From positions 868,001 to 932,000 of the forward strand of contig JAQGDQ010000002.1 in NCBI GenBank assembly GCA_030141605.1: a stretch of DNA of 64,000 bases. Reading direction: 5' to 3'. The position numbers and the translations under genes were made by a program. Positions 26,201 through 44,220 of the stretch are shown here, piece after piece. How positions within the stretch are numbered: the stretch's first letter is position 1; each line of letters opens with the position of its first letter. Origin of the DNA: Tubiluchus corallicola (taxonomy: Eukaryota > Animalia > Priapulida). Under the pieces are notes generated by a model. It was not told where the DNA came from. It saw only the letters and a program-made list of their open reading frames with translations, and did not search any database.

Positions 26201-29200
26201 TCTGTGATAAACTGCAACATGCGTGCTGTCATGCAAGTGCATTAGATGATCTGAAAATTTAAAACAGACAAATTAATATAATATATACTATTTCACTTCA
26301 TCTGAATGTGCTTCGGTGGTGCAATATTTAAGGCGCAATTTTTTAAATATAATTCTCATGCTCTACATTGATTTAAAGTGGCTCAACACCATGTCTGGTC
26401 GATTCTAAGAATGTTCTATGTCAAATACAGTAGCAAAAGATGAAGGGATTTTTGAACCCATGTTAAAATTCTTTCCATGCTCGTACTTCATTGAAGGATA
26501 TGCTACCGGATAATTGAAGAAACTAAATTTGTCCTAAAATACAAGCAAAAATACATGTAACATGTTTTGGATACACGTGCGAGTGCATGTAAGAAATGCA
26601 AAGTCACATTGAAAGCAGGTTAGTCGGTTGATCATAAATGCATTCCGACATCCTCCTATAATTTATGACGTAAGAACAAGAAGAACAACGAAACATACAT
26701 AACATGCAGACGTGTCTTTTCTGAGATCTAACAAGTACGTTTTTTAGAGTGGAGGCTAGCTAGCTTGTAAAGATAAATAATACTAAGAAAAATGACATAA
26801 AACATGCAATAGCTTCAAACATCAACTTTACATAAACCTATCAGATATTCTTTTAAAAAATGTACAGTGAAACAACATAATTGTAACATGTATTCAATCA
26901 TGCACATTTGAAATGCTTGCAAAGTCAGGAAAAATTCCTAGCTAGAAAATGTGAGGATGCACACAAAATTTTAAAAATCCAATAACAAAAGTTAATAAAA
27001 TTAAAGATTCTGAATATTTACCCGTATCTATTCCTGGTATACGCGTGGTGTTAAATATACGCTCGTTCTGTGCTGAGCACAGTGGTATGAGATTTTGCAC
27101 AACTATAGGTGGAATGAGCTGCCGATTCAGACGGCTGCGAAATCGCAGCATGGCGTTGATGCAGTTTGCTGCTCGTGCTGCCTGTATGTGGGTAGGTTTG
27201 ATGAGGATTGCATCCTGAAGTTTACACGAGAAAAATGACATAATATATTTGTGTGAAAATCAGCCACCAACATTGATTTCTATAAAAGTCAGAAATAGAA
27301 CTCTATTATACAGTTAATACAAATTAAGAATCTATTCATGTACCCAGCATTTCCAAACAGTGTCACGCATAACCAAAAATTTACTAGTCAAACAAATACA
27401 TTAATAATTTACTGTTAACTTAATATAGCAAATTAAAGACAAAATTATCACTAATTATTTGCTCAATGTTCTAGAATCTGGATACACTGTTACGATATGC
27501 AGTTCACTGGTTTATACTTAGTCTCAGGTAATCATATTTAAATTTACCAATAAATCGTTAAGAAAAAATAATATTAAATTAATCTAATTAATTACATTAT
27601 TTCAGCATATTAATGTGATGCAAAAAATCTAAGAGAATTGGACTTTCACTTTTAAAAACATACAAAAGTACCATTTGTTGCTGCATCACTAATGTCGGCA
27701 CCTATGAGGAAATAGCACATTATGCATATTGCAGGCATTGGGCAAACAAAAGCTAGGTTCTTAAGAGAAATTAAATTTAAAAATTTGAATTTTAAGACCA
27801 GAAGATTCAAATTCATAATTTCAGAACTATCTATGGCATTAGTTTTTGGATCAAGAAGGCAAATTTCTTTTGAAAATGTTAGGCATCTGCAAGCCCACAA
27901 TCTATAAAGATATATAAACTATAAAGTGATAGAGATGATACTCCTTGACAGAGGGGCGATGACTCTGCAATAATACTTTAAAATGGCTGCAAAACAAAAC
28001 TAACTGTGCTACACAAACCTTTAGAAAGCCATGAGCAGATACCAGGTTGAGTAAAATACCAAATTTATGTACACTGTGGGTACATGCAGTATCTAAGCAC
28101 CGAATTGTAATGACATACATTTTGTAATATAATTACACATATATTTACATATTTGCTTTAAAAACTTACAAAAGCACCATTCGATCTATAAGAAGAAATG
28201 TAGATTATTGCCACACAGTTTTAACAAATTAAGCCATGTTTACCAAACGTTCGGAATTGTGCAAGCGTTAGTGAGTGTGCGTATGCGATTTGTGGCACAG
28301 CGAAAAATCTCTCTACATTGCTTTTAATGCACAAGTTGCCAGGCCTTCGTTACTGTGTTTTGGACCCTGGGAATGGCAGAACGCCACTTTAACGATTTTT
28401 ATACAAGGATTAGCTAAAAAAAAATTATGTCACACTTAATACTTGGGAAGGAAATACTGCTGTGAAGCACAAGTGCCATTAAGCAGCAATGTTTAAACAA
28501 TAATTCCATTCCACATATTTTGTAAACCACTAGTTGTTCAGGAGTTATGTTGCAAGTGCTTATAAACACTTGGATAGGCAATAACACGTACGCAATTCCG
28601 GGCATCTGGCAAATGTAGTCTTACTGCATAATGCCAATAACTAGCTACAATAACCAGCTTACCAGCTTATGGTAGAAAAAATAACAGTAGTTAGCTTTAA
28701 AACTCACACAATAGGTAAGTCAAAGATCAAGCACAAAAAATAATAAGACAAGTTACATAGTTGAAGTTATCAAAAGAACACTACATGCAGAAATCTACCA
28801 TTTACGAAGTTCTAGTCAGAGAGACAACGTTTGTGCACCACACAGCTAAAACCGCCTTGTTTGAAGTTAAACTGCAACAACTGATTCACCCATGTGAGTT
28901 TAGAATAACTGATGTTTTCAAAGCATGGGTACTGATTTTGAATGGTTAAAAATGCTTGGTTTATTTGTCTGGCAGCATTAATTTTAGGTGAATATTAAAC
29001 TAATAATTTTAACCTGTTAGTACATAATCTAAACCTTTTCTCTCTCAACTGTTAAGTATGAAGGATAGGTGAACATCTTTGTCAAAACTTGATTCGTCCA
29101 AAAAAAGCCTCCAAGAACAAACAACTAATGTTAATATCAAAGGTAACTCAGAGTAAGTATCAAAATTTAATAAAATTATTCTATTCCATTTTGCCCAAAT

Positions 29201-32200
29201 TGAAATAAAATAACTGACAATAAAAAATTTCGGCTATGTGATTATAAAAAAATCTAATTAATTAAGTAAATAAAGCCTCACATTTAAATTTGTTATAACT
29301 TGTAAGAAACAATTTTAATGAAGCTTTTTCACCTCAACACCTTTCTTGGATGTTGTGAGACATCAAGTTTTAACAACATGAATCTTAGGTAGAAGTGCAA
29401 CTCATTCACCAAAGATAAACAGCTTCTTGATATGTAATTGTGTACAACATATTGCATGTAATTATATGCCACTGTGAATAAAAAATAACCTTTTCAGAAA
29501 ATGAAATCTCGGGTGCAGAATAATAGACATGCAAGAAATTAAACATGTTAGTTAACACAAACTCTTAAAAATATATGTATATCTGTGTGAGTTAAATCAA
29601 CTGTACTTTCAAGTACTTAAACAGCAAAAATTTTCAGGATACAATTTAACACATACAATGACGTGTACACAAGTACACATAAGATATCGTAATGAAAAGC
29701 AAAATTCTGAAATTGACCCAACAACAGTAAATTCAAGAGACAAATACTTCATAACTTACGAGACAGTAAAAATTTGAGTTGATCATAATTGGGTTGCGAC
29801 CTGCTAAGTACACAAACTTTTCCCACCAATCAGACACCTAGTAACAAAAACTTGTAATGTAAAAATGCTTAAAATCTGCATTAAAATACATACCAAACCA
29901 TAGTAGTTTGAATTGACAACAACAGGCGCACGCCCTTTGAGGTAAACCATCTCCTCCCACCAGTCAGAAACCTTTATGAAAAAGTCATAACATCTCATTT
30001 GATGGAAAAATTAGGCAGATTTAGAAAAAAGCTACTACCAAATCATATTACCTGCTGATATATGCCTTATTTTTCAAATAACTTTTTGGACAAGAAACTA
30101 CAAAGAATGTGTCAAGAAAATTTTATCATATGATAATGCTATTAGTGAACAAAGGAAACACTGTTTACACAAACAATGAGTTTATACTGCAAGCAACCAT
30201 CAACCCATCAAAAGCGAGTAATAAAGTACAATCACAAAATTACAAATAACTAATTACTTGCCACTTCTTCAAACAATGATAAACACATTTTGTGCAACAT
30301 CTCACATCTTCTGATGTCTTTTTAACTGCCCGTTGCACAAGCCATTTTAACTGTCAAGCCATTATCTATAATACATAGAATGATGCATATTATCCTATGT
30401 ATTGCACAAAAATACCACAGTATCCAGTCTACTACGAACAACCAAGTTAACACGCCAATCACTTACGTAATTTGTTGCCCACCAAGATTTCAGCCACAGA
30501 TACCTCTGAAGTCTTTTACCAAGGTTGTTTTTGAATTCTTCTGCCAAATGCTCCATATCTTCATATTCTGCATCACTGAGCAGCGGACGCACCGTTAACA
30601 GAAACTACATTACAAAAAAAGTAAATAATAATTTTAGAATAAACAATTATTGTGGAATGAGCACTACACACAAGATAATCGTTTCAAATGCAATGCAAAA
30701 ATGATAATTTTTCACACCAATGGCAGGATATTACAAAAAGTGGATGTATTATCAAGTAACAGGAATAACTGCCAGATGTTCTAAGTCAAGCACTCAAAAT
30801 TGCCCAATTACAATTTTTTGTTTCTTTTGGCTAAATAGTGGTAGTAACAGTAACAGTAACCGTACTAGCAATAGCAGACAAGCAGTATTGAGAGGCTTAC
30901 ATAACCTAAATGTTTTTCGATGAGTGCTTTAGCTAAAAATAAAATTACATAACAAATGCCTTGAGTCACGAAACATACCTTATAAGGAGATTGATTAGAA
31001 CAGTTTTAAGTTTTCTGATAAAAATGAATGTCTTACCCTCTGTAATGTGTCATTCAGTTTAGGAAGAGGCAACTTAGGAAGAGATCCTTGGTAACTGTAA
31101 AGATGTGGATTTCTACCTTTCAACAGTTTAACCAGCATCTGAAAATAAATCAGAAAATAATGCAAAATTTAGTTATTTTTTCTCAAAAAGTAAATTTTTA
31201 GTAATTACATCAGTAATCAGATCAAAACTTATTAATATTTTTAATATATTTGAATGCAATACTTGTGTAAAGTGCTTTATATCATCCACCACATTCTTCA
31301 GTTAACAATAACGTGTCTGCAAAAAAATATTTACCAAAAAAAATTTCTACTGGAAAGTTTTTTCAGAAATTCAATGACAACAACATGACTTGATATTAAT
31401 CTTGTTTTAACTTATAATCAACAGTAACAGCAATGAAAATTTGCTCTTCTGCAGATTTTCTGGATGACAGAGCGACAGATTTATTAGGGTCAAAATTCAT
31501 TAGATGGGTCAAAGTGACAGGTATGAGTGACAGATGTGAATGGCAGGGTGACAGACTTTGATAAGGACATTTTTTTATTTTTGAACTAATATTAATGTAG
31601 TGTACATAACAAAACAATCAATGTTTTATTTGAAGGAGTTTAGTTCTTTCTGTAGCTCATCTCACTACATTTCTTACTAGTGGATTTGTTTACTCTTCAG
31701 GATAGGCATACAGCTCAGCAGGTCATCTAGTGAGCTTTCGTGTCAGTCTCACATTAAGTTGCAATAGAATTTAGAACACGCACAGAAAAATTATTCCAAA
31801 ATAAAGAAGCTAAAAAACTTACAGCCCAGATCTTGGTCTTCAAGGACATTTTCCCTCGTGGTTCATTCATCCAACCTTGGTACATGAAGAGCAGTTTAAG
31901 AGCATACCGAATAAATAAGATTAGGCCAAACCAAGCTAGTATACCAAATGTTAACGTGCTCAAATAAAGAGCAAATGTGGGTGCCAGATATTCCCTAAAC
32001 AATAAAAAATAGTCACTTGAAATGCAGATTGAGATTTGTTAGTTACTGATCTGTTACTCTTAAATTTAGTAATCAAACAAAAATAAAATCTTTTATCAAT
32101 GTGCTGCATTTCAGAACAGCTGGTCAATATTTTTGAAACAAATAATTAAAAACAAAAACGATTAACAAAAATGAAAGTTTGGCAGAAAGAACAGTCGAGC

Positions 32201-33438
32201 ATTGAGAACCTGTTCAAGACTGGAGTACAGTCTTGTGATGTACACACTGCACAAAAGTGCACATGCCTTATTGTTTGCACTTACCAGCCCACGTAGCACA
32301 TAACATGTCTACATAGATTTTTTTCTCAGTAGCAACAAAACCTTACTGCATTACTTAGAAGTGAGAGATGTTTTTACTGTGATTAACAACACAAAGTTAA
32401 CTAACAAAGCTTAGACACCTTACTTTAGCCAAACTTAATAGTATTGGTACTTGATAGCAAGTTATATAAAAACAAGATGGACAACAGAAAACAAAATTGC
32501 AGTTTAAAAGATGTGAAAAAATGTGCTTTTCAGAGAATTTATCAGTATTTAATCTACTTTTGTCTTTAATTAGTCAGACAGTCTCATGGACCTTGCAAAT
32601 AGCAAAAGGCAATTGCCCAACTTTAATTGTCAGATTTTGACAAATAGCTATTACCATGTGCAACATGCAGTTATTCCTCCCAATTTATCATTTAATTTGA
32701 CAATTGACTTACCATGGAATATGATGTTCAAATGCATCAATGTATCCAAAAGATGGATCGATGCCAACACCAAACCGCAATGTAAACACAATGCCTATAG
32801 CTAGTGCCAAGGTGTGAGGTTCCAAAGGATAAAGTCCAGCTCTAAGGTCATGCTGTGAACGATACGTTATAAACGATTAACAGGGGTTAAATAAATATGA
32901 AGGCTGAAGAACACTGCAACATCAAACACTAATAAAAGTAATAAATATTACATAACGCAAATATAAAATTGACCCTATTCTTTCAATAACTGTTATGCAT
33001 TAAACTTGATTCTTACACATGATGATAATAATTTTGACAATAATTTTCATAAAATTATACAATAGAAGAATTAGTACAAAATGCAATATAAATGTGAAGA
33101 CAAAAATATGAACTATTGCATAATAACAAATGCAATAAAAATGAAAATTTTGAACTGGTTAACTTCAACTCATTAATATAAAATGCTGAAAGGATAATTT
33201 TGATCACTGTGATAAAGACGATTAAAACAGCATTTAACTATAACTTCGGCTTGATATCAAAAGAATTTAAATAAATTAGCATGCTTTTTCAATTTACCCA
33301 ATGTCTTTGAGCATGTTTGTAAAAGGAACGTATGCCACTGATCCAGATGGATGACAGAACCTCACGATTAAAGTCCACCTCTAAACCTTCATGGGTAATT
33401 TGGAAAGAAAATGCAACTGCTTGATGGGCCTCCGCCAT
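14237..33438 (-). CDS. CPT1: Carnitine O-palmitoyltransferase 1 (CPT1-type), 17 coding exons, ~768 aa with the canonical-like exon 11D
   Basis: Exons (minus): 33438-33298 ([12 protein letters not shown]), 32852-32713, 31994-31823, 31138-31037 (SLPKLPLP), 30604-30467 (KSWWATNY), 29971-29894 (VSDWWEE), 27214-27022, 26250-26136, 25242-25038, 24702-24569 (NRWFDKS...EHSW, catalytic His at about residue 471), 21329-21264 (or an alternative), 18747-18663, 17822-17658, 16779-16645 ([19 protein letters not shown]), 16391-16203 (GVDRHLF), 14961-14791 ([16 protein letters not shown]), 14314-14237. All introns GT-AG with consistent phases; total 2307 nt. An acceptor upstream of 33532 implies a non-coding first exon. 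Confidence 0.97.
21264..21329 (-). CDS. CPT1: CPT1 exon 11D (closest to vertebrate CPT1): (W)[21 protein letters not shown](R)
   Basis: Acceptor TTGTAG, donor GTAGGT, 66 nt, phase 2/2; resembles vertebrate HSWADAPIVAHLWE. Confidence 0.93.
21332..21914 (-). promoter_or_regulatory. AG-exclusion zone with candidate distant branch point and polypyrimidine tract for CPT1 exon 11D
   Basis: No AG on the transcribed strand (no CT on plus) from 21899 to 21332. Branch-point-like TTTAAC (21914-21909) and CTCATTAAT (~21880-21872) lie just before a ~33-nt pyrimidine tract (21872-21840). Confidence 0.75.
21954..22019 (-). CDS. CPT1: CPT1 alternative exon 11C: (W)[21 protein letters not shown](R)
   Basis: Acceptor TGGCAG, donor GTTTGT, 66 nt, phase 2/2, no stop, same length as 11D, D-G-P-x6-E-x5-D. 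Confidence 0.85.
22590..22658 (-). CDS. CPT1: CPT1 alternative exon 11B: (W)[22 protein letters not shown](R)
   Basis: Acceptor TGACAG, donor GTCAGT, 69 nt, phase 2/2, no stop, WADAP plus E and D at the same offsets as 11D. Confidence 0.85.
23310..24085. mobile_element. Non-autonomous hAT-type MITE between CPT1 exons 11A and 11B
   Basis: TIRs CAGTGGCGGATTA / TAATCCGTCACTG; perfect 8-bp TSD TCAACTAC (23302-23309 and 24086-24093); subterminal GGGGCC motifs. Confidence 0.9.
24151..24210 (-). CDS. CPT1: CPT1 alternative exon 11A: (C)[19 protein letters not shown](C)
   Basis: Acceptor GTTCAG, donor GTATAT, 60 nt, phase 2/2, no stop, D-A-P-x6-E motif aligned with exon 11D. Confidence 0.75.
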
Positions 33439-36400
33439 TCTTAATGTTGAAAAAAGTTCACAGATTCAAAGTCAAGGATACTCTTATGCTTAAATTTCAG
33501 CAGCAAAAACTCTGACACCAGACCTTCCACGTCTAAAAAAATAATTATATTAAAACACTGTCCCACCACCTCGCGCTAACTTGGACTATATAAAATGTAG
33601 AGTTGAAAGAATTTCTGTGAATTTCTAACGAAAACTAGTTTGAAGTGAAAGTAGCTTTGCGCTTGTAGCCTGTGATAAATACAGCAGAATTTATAGCAGT
33701 GTAGCAATAAACAAGATCTATAAACTTATATAATTTATTATTACTAAGAAACCCTAAAATGTTTCTGACATTTAGCAGCAAAAAGGTTACTTCTATTAAA
33801 AGAGTCATGATACAGAAAGTTGCAGTTATAAAAATACCTGTTGCTAAAGTGACATCTACCAAATACTTGACAAAGAACAACTTTTCAGTAAAAGTATATG
33901 AAAATAATACAAATATAATATAATGGCTTGTGAAACTATTTTAAATGAATAAATTAATAATAACATATACACATTTCTTTTTTGCAAATGAACTGTCTGT
34001 TTGCAATAACATTACATATAAAAAATCAGCAATAAAATTAGTCCATGCACCTTTGTAAAACTCAATAACACAGTGGCAAAACGATGACCTCAAAATTCAG
34101 TGTACACTGATATTTATAATATCATTTAAGTAGGCACAGATATGCTGCACCTAGCTGATTAAGCTTTTCGTGCACAAGTTTTGGTTTATAGGTTCGTCAC
34201 GAGTACACTTTGCCCTGGGCAAAGGTCACGCCCACTGCACTTAACAATCAGAAGCACAGGAGCTGTTTAGTGTTTATTGCAGAGCTTACGACAAAAAAGA
34301 AAAACCACTGAAACTGTAAAACAGGTTTTGTCATACATTTACAGAAAACACAAAAGTGCTTTATAATTAAATTAAGAATTTACCGATAGTTAATGTAGAT
34401 CATCAAATACATAAAACAATATTTAATGCAAATTAGTAAAAAAAATAAGTTAATATTTACAAACTTATAATCTTGTCAATGATGTTATGAAATGTGAGAT
34501 GGAAAATCAGGAAAAATAAAAGAGATTTTTAAAAAGTTAGCATAACACAAAAGAATTGGCAAGGTACTAAAGTGCTAATATTAACTGTGTCGGGAAAATT
34601 GGAATGCGAGCAACTGAACAATGATTAGAATATAGGAAACAGATTGTTTTCATAATTTGATTACTTCAGAAACTTGAAAAGGTATTACGGGAATAATATT
34701 AACTATGTGAGAAATAGCATCTCAAAAAGTTGAACTGAGAAAGTTATCAAAGGTGAAAAAATGTCTGAAGGTTGGAAATTAAAGAAAGAAAAGAATTAAA
34801 AAATGAAAATGGAAGAATAACCTCATGAAAACATGCATAACCAAAAATACTCATGAAAGCAAGTAAAATGATAGAATAAAAAGCAAAATTGGATTTCTAA
34901 CTTGTAACTTTATAAGCTAAAGCAATGCATTAAAAATGATATCTCAAGTAAAAAAAGTATTGGTATTGGTAAAGAAGATTTTTTTGCACCATTTCCTTAT
35001 AAAGAACAAGAACTGGTCATTTTTAAAGCATAAAATAACTCAAACAGTATTGCTAGAATAACAGATCAAGCGTAAGCTGATGACGTAGATGTATTAGAAA
35101 CACACGGCACAATAGAAAATACAATGGTAAAGCAAAACTACACTAGTGAGGTACGGTTAGACTGCTATGACAGATGCTTTATGTGAGAGCATTTGCCCCA
35201 TGTTTACACATAAAAATGTTTTTAAAAATATTTAACAGCATCTAAATATTATTTATTATATTAAAGCAAGTTGTGCTTGACATTAACAGTTTCAATGAAA
35301 TCGGAACTTATTACTTTGTGATCAGCGACCAGCGGGTCAAGGATCAATCAATTGCAAGTCAATGTACACCATTCAATTCGTCTCATAGAGTCCTTTCAGT
35401 GAATGTCAAATGTTGATAGTATCAAACTGAATCTAGTGATTGCACATTATACTAGTCATGATCACAGTTTAAGTTAATGAGAAAACCTTTTAAAAGAATA
35501 ATGTGCACTATTATTTATTAGAAGTAATTAGGTCCATTATATTATAATTACTGAATTCAATGTAATAAACATAATTTTTCAATAGCTATAAAAATGGTTT
35601 TTTAATCATTAGTGTTACACATTTCTCTTGCTAAATTTAACTTTGTCGCAGTGCTGCCAAATATTTTTCTACAAACAGTTCCGAAATACTTTTCTCAATA
35701 AGTGCATGTTTTGCAAACTAAAGCAGTAGATAAATAGTGAAGGTGCAACATGTGATTTGATGTGAACACTGTCAACAAACATAGCTCTACACTTCGAGAA
35801 AACAGCGATGTTCGAAATGTGCTTATGCTCTAAATAAAAAGAAATACCCTTGATATGACTAAAACTTTCAGATATGTACAGAATTGGAAAACAGGTAGGG
35901 TCCTGTTAAATGTATAAAGTATGTATATATGTATAACCCGGAAAAGTAATTGCATAGACCCAAATAAGTCTGTACATGCCTGGCACTTCTCCCTAAAAAA
36001 ATACATGTGTATCACGGTTAGTCGGAATGTGAGCACAGATGTAAAATTTGATTTTTTATTATTTTATATTATAACAGTGCATACTGCATAGTGATACTCA
36101 AAAACGAAATAACATTAAATTGAATTAAACTTTAAATTTGTTTAATTTGAAAACAATAATCATTCTATAATAAAACCTATGACTGTTGCGGAAATAGTGT
36201 AGAGTTGTAGGTCACACTACATTATGCAAATGCAGCGGAATGTACATTCAACTCACCCTAGCAGTAGTTGGTATCTGTTGCTTGGTGTAAGGATCGACAT
36301 ATTAAGAGTCATTCCGTGAGAAAATCAGCAAAATAGTGGAAGGTGACAAATCACCGATTTTGTTCATATTCACAGCGTTTGATGGTCCCCTCAGATGTAC

Positions 36401-36861
36401 CCCACAGCCAAAATATTAGATTTCAGAAATGAGCCGTTTCTGAGAAAAGCCGCCATTTTGATTTTTTTCGGATTTTGGCCATTTTGGCGTAAAAAATTGC
36501 CCATTATTTCTCACGTTATTACAGACAGTAAATGAGCGATCTAGCACTAGTTAATTGGTGATATATATAGTAGGGGTCTTACCCTACCGTACCATTATCG
36601 TTGCCAAATTGAACCTCCTTTTCAGTTGGTGTCATCAGATTGCAAAAGATACGTGTCTGCTGCTGCTGAATTTAGACGCCATTTTGAAATCCCCGTAACT
36701 CCACTGGGGCGGGTATTGGGGGACTAATCAATATATTTTTATTTGCAGCTTGACTAGTCCTACAAATGCATGAAATAAAATTTTGGCCAGCGATCTCCCA
36801 AGTGTCCAGAATTTTTAGCCAAAGTTGCTCTTTTTTGCCATTTTCACAACCTTGACCTATA

Positions 36862-37388
36862 TTTAGCTATTCGCCTTTGGATGACGGTGTTGCCATTAGA
36901 ATCGATACAAAGTGCAGCAACGTCAATGTTTATAGTAGTAATGGACTGGCTTTAGATGTCTGGGCACTCCTAGCAACCAGGCCCCTCATCAGGGGGCCGC
37001 ATTCCCTTCGAAGGGCCCCTGTGACGATTATAACATAGTGATTTTTATAATCTGTATAAAACACGGAATAGTTTCATGTACATAATAACAGTTTCGTGTA
37101 CAAGTGCTCGGGCTATATACCTATGGCCCGTGGATCAATACGGGGGCCTCTGGAGGGCCCCACTGTCTTGACTGCAAAATAAACTTCAGTCAAAAAGGTT
37201 TAGTGTCGCTTTGCTAAACAAGATTCTAAAGTAAGGCGGACAAGGCGAGGCAAGGCACTATTTGTGAAATTGTGTTGAAACCGCCGCGAGCATCGAATAT
37301 AACATGTTGCGAGCCTATTTTTAAAACGCGCACAGCTTTGTGTGGTCTTGTATTCAACAGGCGAATAGCTGTCAGTCCCTGATATTTT
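36862..37388 (+). mobile_element. Helentron-associated (HINE/DINE-1-like) non-autonomous element, tentative
   Basis: Starts in a T run; 12-bp inverted repeat AGCTATTCGCCT (36865-36876) / AGGCGAATAGCT (37359-37370), followed by a small hairpin TGTCAG-TCC-CTGATA and a T run. Confidence 0.45.
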
Positions 37389-37882
37389 TCCTCAAATCAA
37401 TTCGAGTTAATAGTTAGTTAGTTACTAATACCTTGGTGTGGCAACTTTGGCAGCTTCGACAACCAGACTTCTGCTTACTAACAACGGGCATTAACAAAAA
37501 AACTGGTTAAGAAACGCAGCAAAGGACAGTACGACCCTGCCTCGGCCGTTACATACTAATTCCGACTCTGTGCAACGTATGTTTCAAGCCATTCGCTCAT
37601 ATTGTATTTAACCGCCAGGTTTCCACCGTCTCGTAAAGATATACGCATATACACCGACTACCATATTCAACTAAACTCTCACGAGAATCAGAGCGCTGAC
37701 GCCTATAATCGCAAATTTTCAAAATAACAAAAAGATAACAACAAATTCTTTACGTCCACGACTATTTTTTATTCGCCAATATTCAATGAAAAGTCGCACT
37801 GTAGTAAATGATAATAAGCTAATAATTGATAATACATATAGTAAGATGCTACTATGTGTTGCTATGGTAACCTCCTTATCAA

Positions 37883-41544
<3,662 letters not shown>

Positions 41545-41606
<62 letters not shown>

Positions 41607-42527
41607 GGAGAGAGGGAGAGAGGGAGAGAGGGAGAGAGGGAGAGGGAGAGGGAGAGGGAGAGGGAGAGACACAGAGAGACAGAGACACAGAGAGAGACAC
41701 AGAGAGACAGAGAGAGAGAAAGACGCAGAGAGATAGAGAAAGACATAGAGAGACAGAGAGAGACACAGAGAGACAAAGACAGAGAGACAGAGAGAGACAC
41801 AGACAGACAGGGAGAGACACAGAGAGACAGAAAGAGAGGCAGAGAGAGAGACAGAGAGAGAGACAGAGACACAGAGAGACAGAGAGAGACACAGAGAGAT
41901 AGAGAGAGACAGAGAGAGAAAGTGTGAGACACAGAGAGACAGAGAGAGAGACACGGAGAGGCACAGAGAGCAGGCGAGAGACACAGAGAGACAGAGAGAG
42001 ACACAGAGAGACAGAGACACAGAGACAGGGAGAGACAGAGAGAGACAAAGAGAGAGACACAGAGAGACAGAGAGACAGAGAGAGAGAGACACAGAGAGAC
42101 AGAGAGAGACACAGAGAGACAGAGAGAGAGAAAGACGCAGAGAGATAGAGAGACATAGAGAGACAGAGAGAGACACAGAGAGACAGAGACAGAGAGAGAC
42201 AAAGAGAGACAGAGAGTGACAGAGAGACAGAGACAGAGAGACACAGACAGACAGGGAGAGACACAGAGAGAGAGACAGAGAGAGACACAGAGAGACAGAG
42301 AGAGAGACACAGAGAGATAGAGAGAGACACAGAGAGACAGAGAGAGACAGAGAGACAGAGAGAGAGAGACACAGAGAGACAGAGAGTGAGACACAGAGAG
42401 ACAGAGAGAGAGACACGGAGAGACACAGAGAGCAGGCGAGAGACACAGAGAGACAGAGAGAGACACAGAGAGACAGAGACAGGGAGAGACAAAGAGAGAG
42501 ACACAGAGAGACAGAGAGAGACAGAAA
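41545..42527. repeat. GA/GACA compound microsatellite (right half) starting with a pure (AG)n run
   Basis: Pure (AG)n 41545-~41598, GAGAGG variants to ~41667, then degenerate GAGACA/CAGA units with an internal ~0.45-kb duplication. Confidence 0.97.
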
Positions 42528-44220
42528 CGGTAATTTATCGTTTCTTTTTGAAATTTTCATTTTTTTTATTCAGAATTATGAATAATTCGTACTAATTTTT
42601 TTCCGATTTAGGTCACATTCAAGATCGAATCTCGTCAATTTATGGACGAGCTGGCCAAAATTTCATTAATGATCTAAGTATGCCTGGTCAAGCTGTAAAT
42701 AAACATATATTAATTATACTTCAAATACCCGCCCCAGTGGAGTTATGAGAATTTTAAAACAGGGTGTCATTCAGACTGTAGCAGACACGCATCTTTCATG
42801 AGCTCATGATACCTACTGAAAGAGAATCTCAATTCATCAAACTCAATGTGGCAATAGGGCAAGACCCCTACTATATATACCACCCAGCAACTAGTCCTGG
42901 ATCATTCATTTACTGCCTGTAATGATGTGACAAATATAGGTCATTTTTTTACGTCAAAATGGCCAAAATCCGAAAAAAATCAAAATGGCGGCCTATCTCC
43001 GAAACGGCTCATTTTTGATATCTAACATTTTGGCTGTGGGGTACATCTGAGGGGATCATCCAACCCTGTGAATATGAACAAAATCGGTGATTTGTCACCT
43101 TCCACTATTTTTTGACTTTTGCATGGTTTTCTCGCGGAATGACTCTCAAGGGGTAGGTAATTAGGCTGATTGCTAGAGAGTAGGATGCTTTCTACATTAA
43201 AGCACTGTTACCTCAGTACATAGACTTATATAAGTATAAACAGGCATATATTAGTATATAAGCAGTACTGGAATTACGGAAATTACTGAAACTTCAAAAT
43301 GTGCTGTACGCATAAATGATTCAACATGAAGCTTGTTAATTTTTGATAACTTAATGTGCTTGTGCATAATAAACATTCTGCCATGTTTAGATTAATTTTT
43401 CAAAATGTTCTAATACCAAAATCCTTAAATTAATACTTTTCTATCATATGGTGATAAAGATGGCAGATTGTTGACAATAAAGTTGGGTCACTGCCAAGGT
43501 ATTTTGCTGCAGGCAAAATGAGCTGGTAGCAATCAGCATGTGGTCAATACAGTGTCTAAAGGGTAATGGAATGGTATTTCATTCAAAGCTGCGATTATTC
43601 GTGCACATCCCTAATATAAAATACTCAATCTTGTCAACAAGATTAATAACATATGTAATAGCGAGCCAGTGGCATTTTTTGGTGTACACTTGAATAGTAA
43701 AACAGTGATGTTTTCGTTTTCAGTTATGTATGTCTTTGAAATAGGTCCGCGAAATGCTATTTAACATAACTTTGTATGGAAAGTTTTTTATGAACTAATT
43801 CAAGATTCCCTTTCTTCTCCTTTAAAATGTGTTTTACGGGTTTCAGTTATGCCTAATGCATTAATTTACTATCCACATAGCTCGCTGTAATCTGGTGATT
43901 TCAGCATAATTAAAAACAAGACTAAATTATCGTCATTGCACCTTCATCTTCATGATAATTTCAAGTGCTTTATTAATGAATTTAATCTAGCTATGGAAAT
44001 ATACAATTTGATTCTCATCTTAACTTTTCCTCTATACAACTTTAACGGATACCACAGTTACCAAGTACAATCTGGGCTGTTCTTTACACTAGCTGCTTTA
44101 TTAATTGACAACACACTTCATCTTTGAAAGGCTTATCTCCAGGCGAAACAGTCGTGTCATTACAATGGTCACTGAAAATGTTTACAGTGCAGAAAATGAA
44201 ATCGTTTTACAGGTTTATAG

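Noticed and set aside
41545-42504. Ser/Leu/Cys/Val-rich N-terminal third of the 1310-aa ORF, and the overlapping RE/RD-rich ORFs at 37719-38195 and 41480-42595
   Set aside because: These are translations of the stop-free GA/TC satellite. The real RT ORF homology begins at ~41544.
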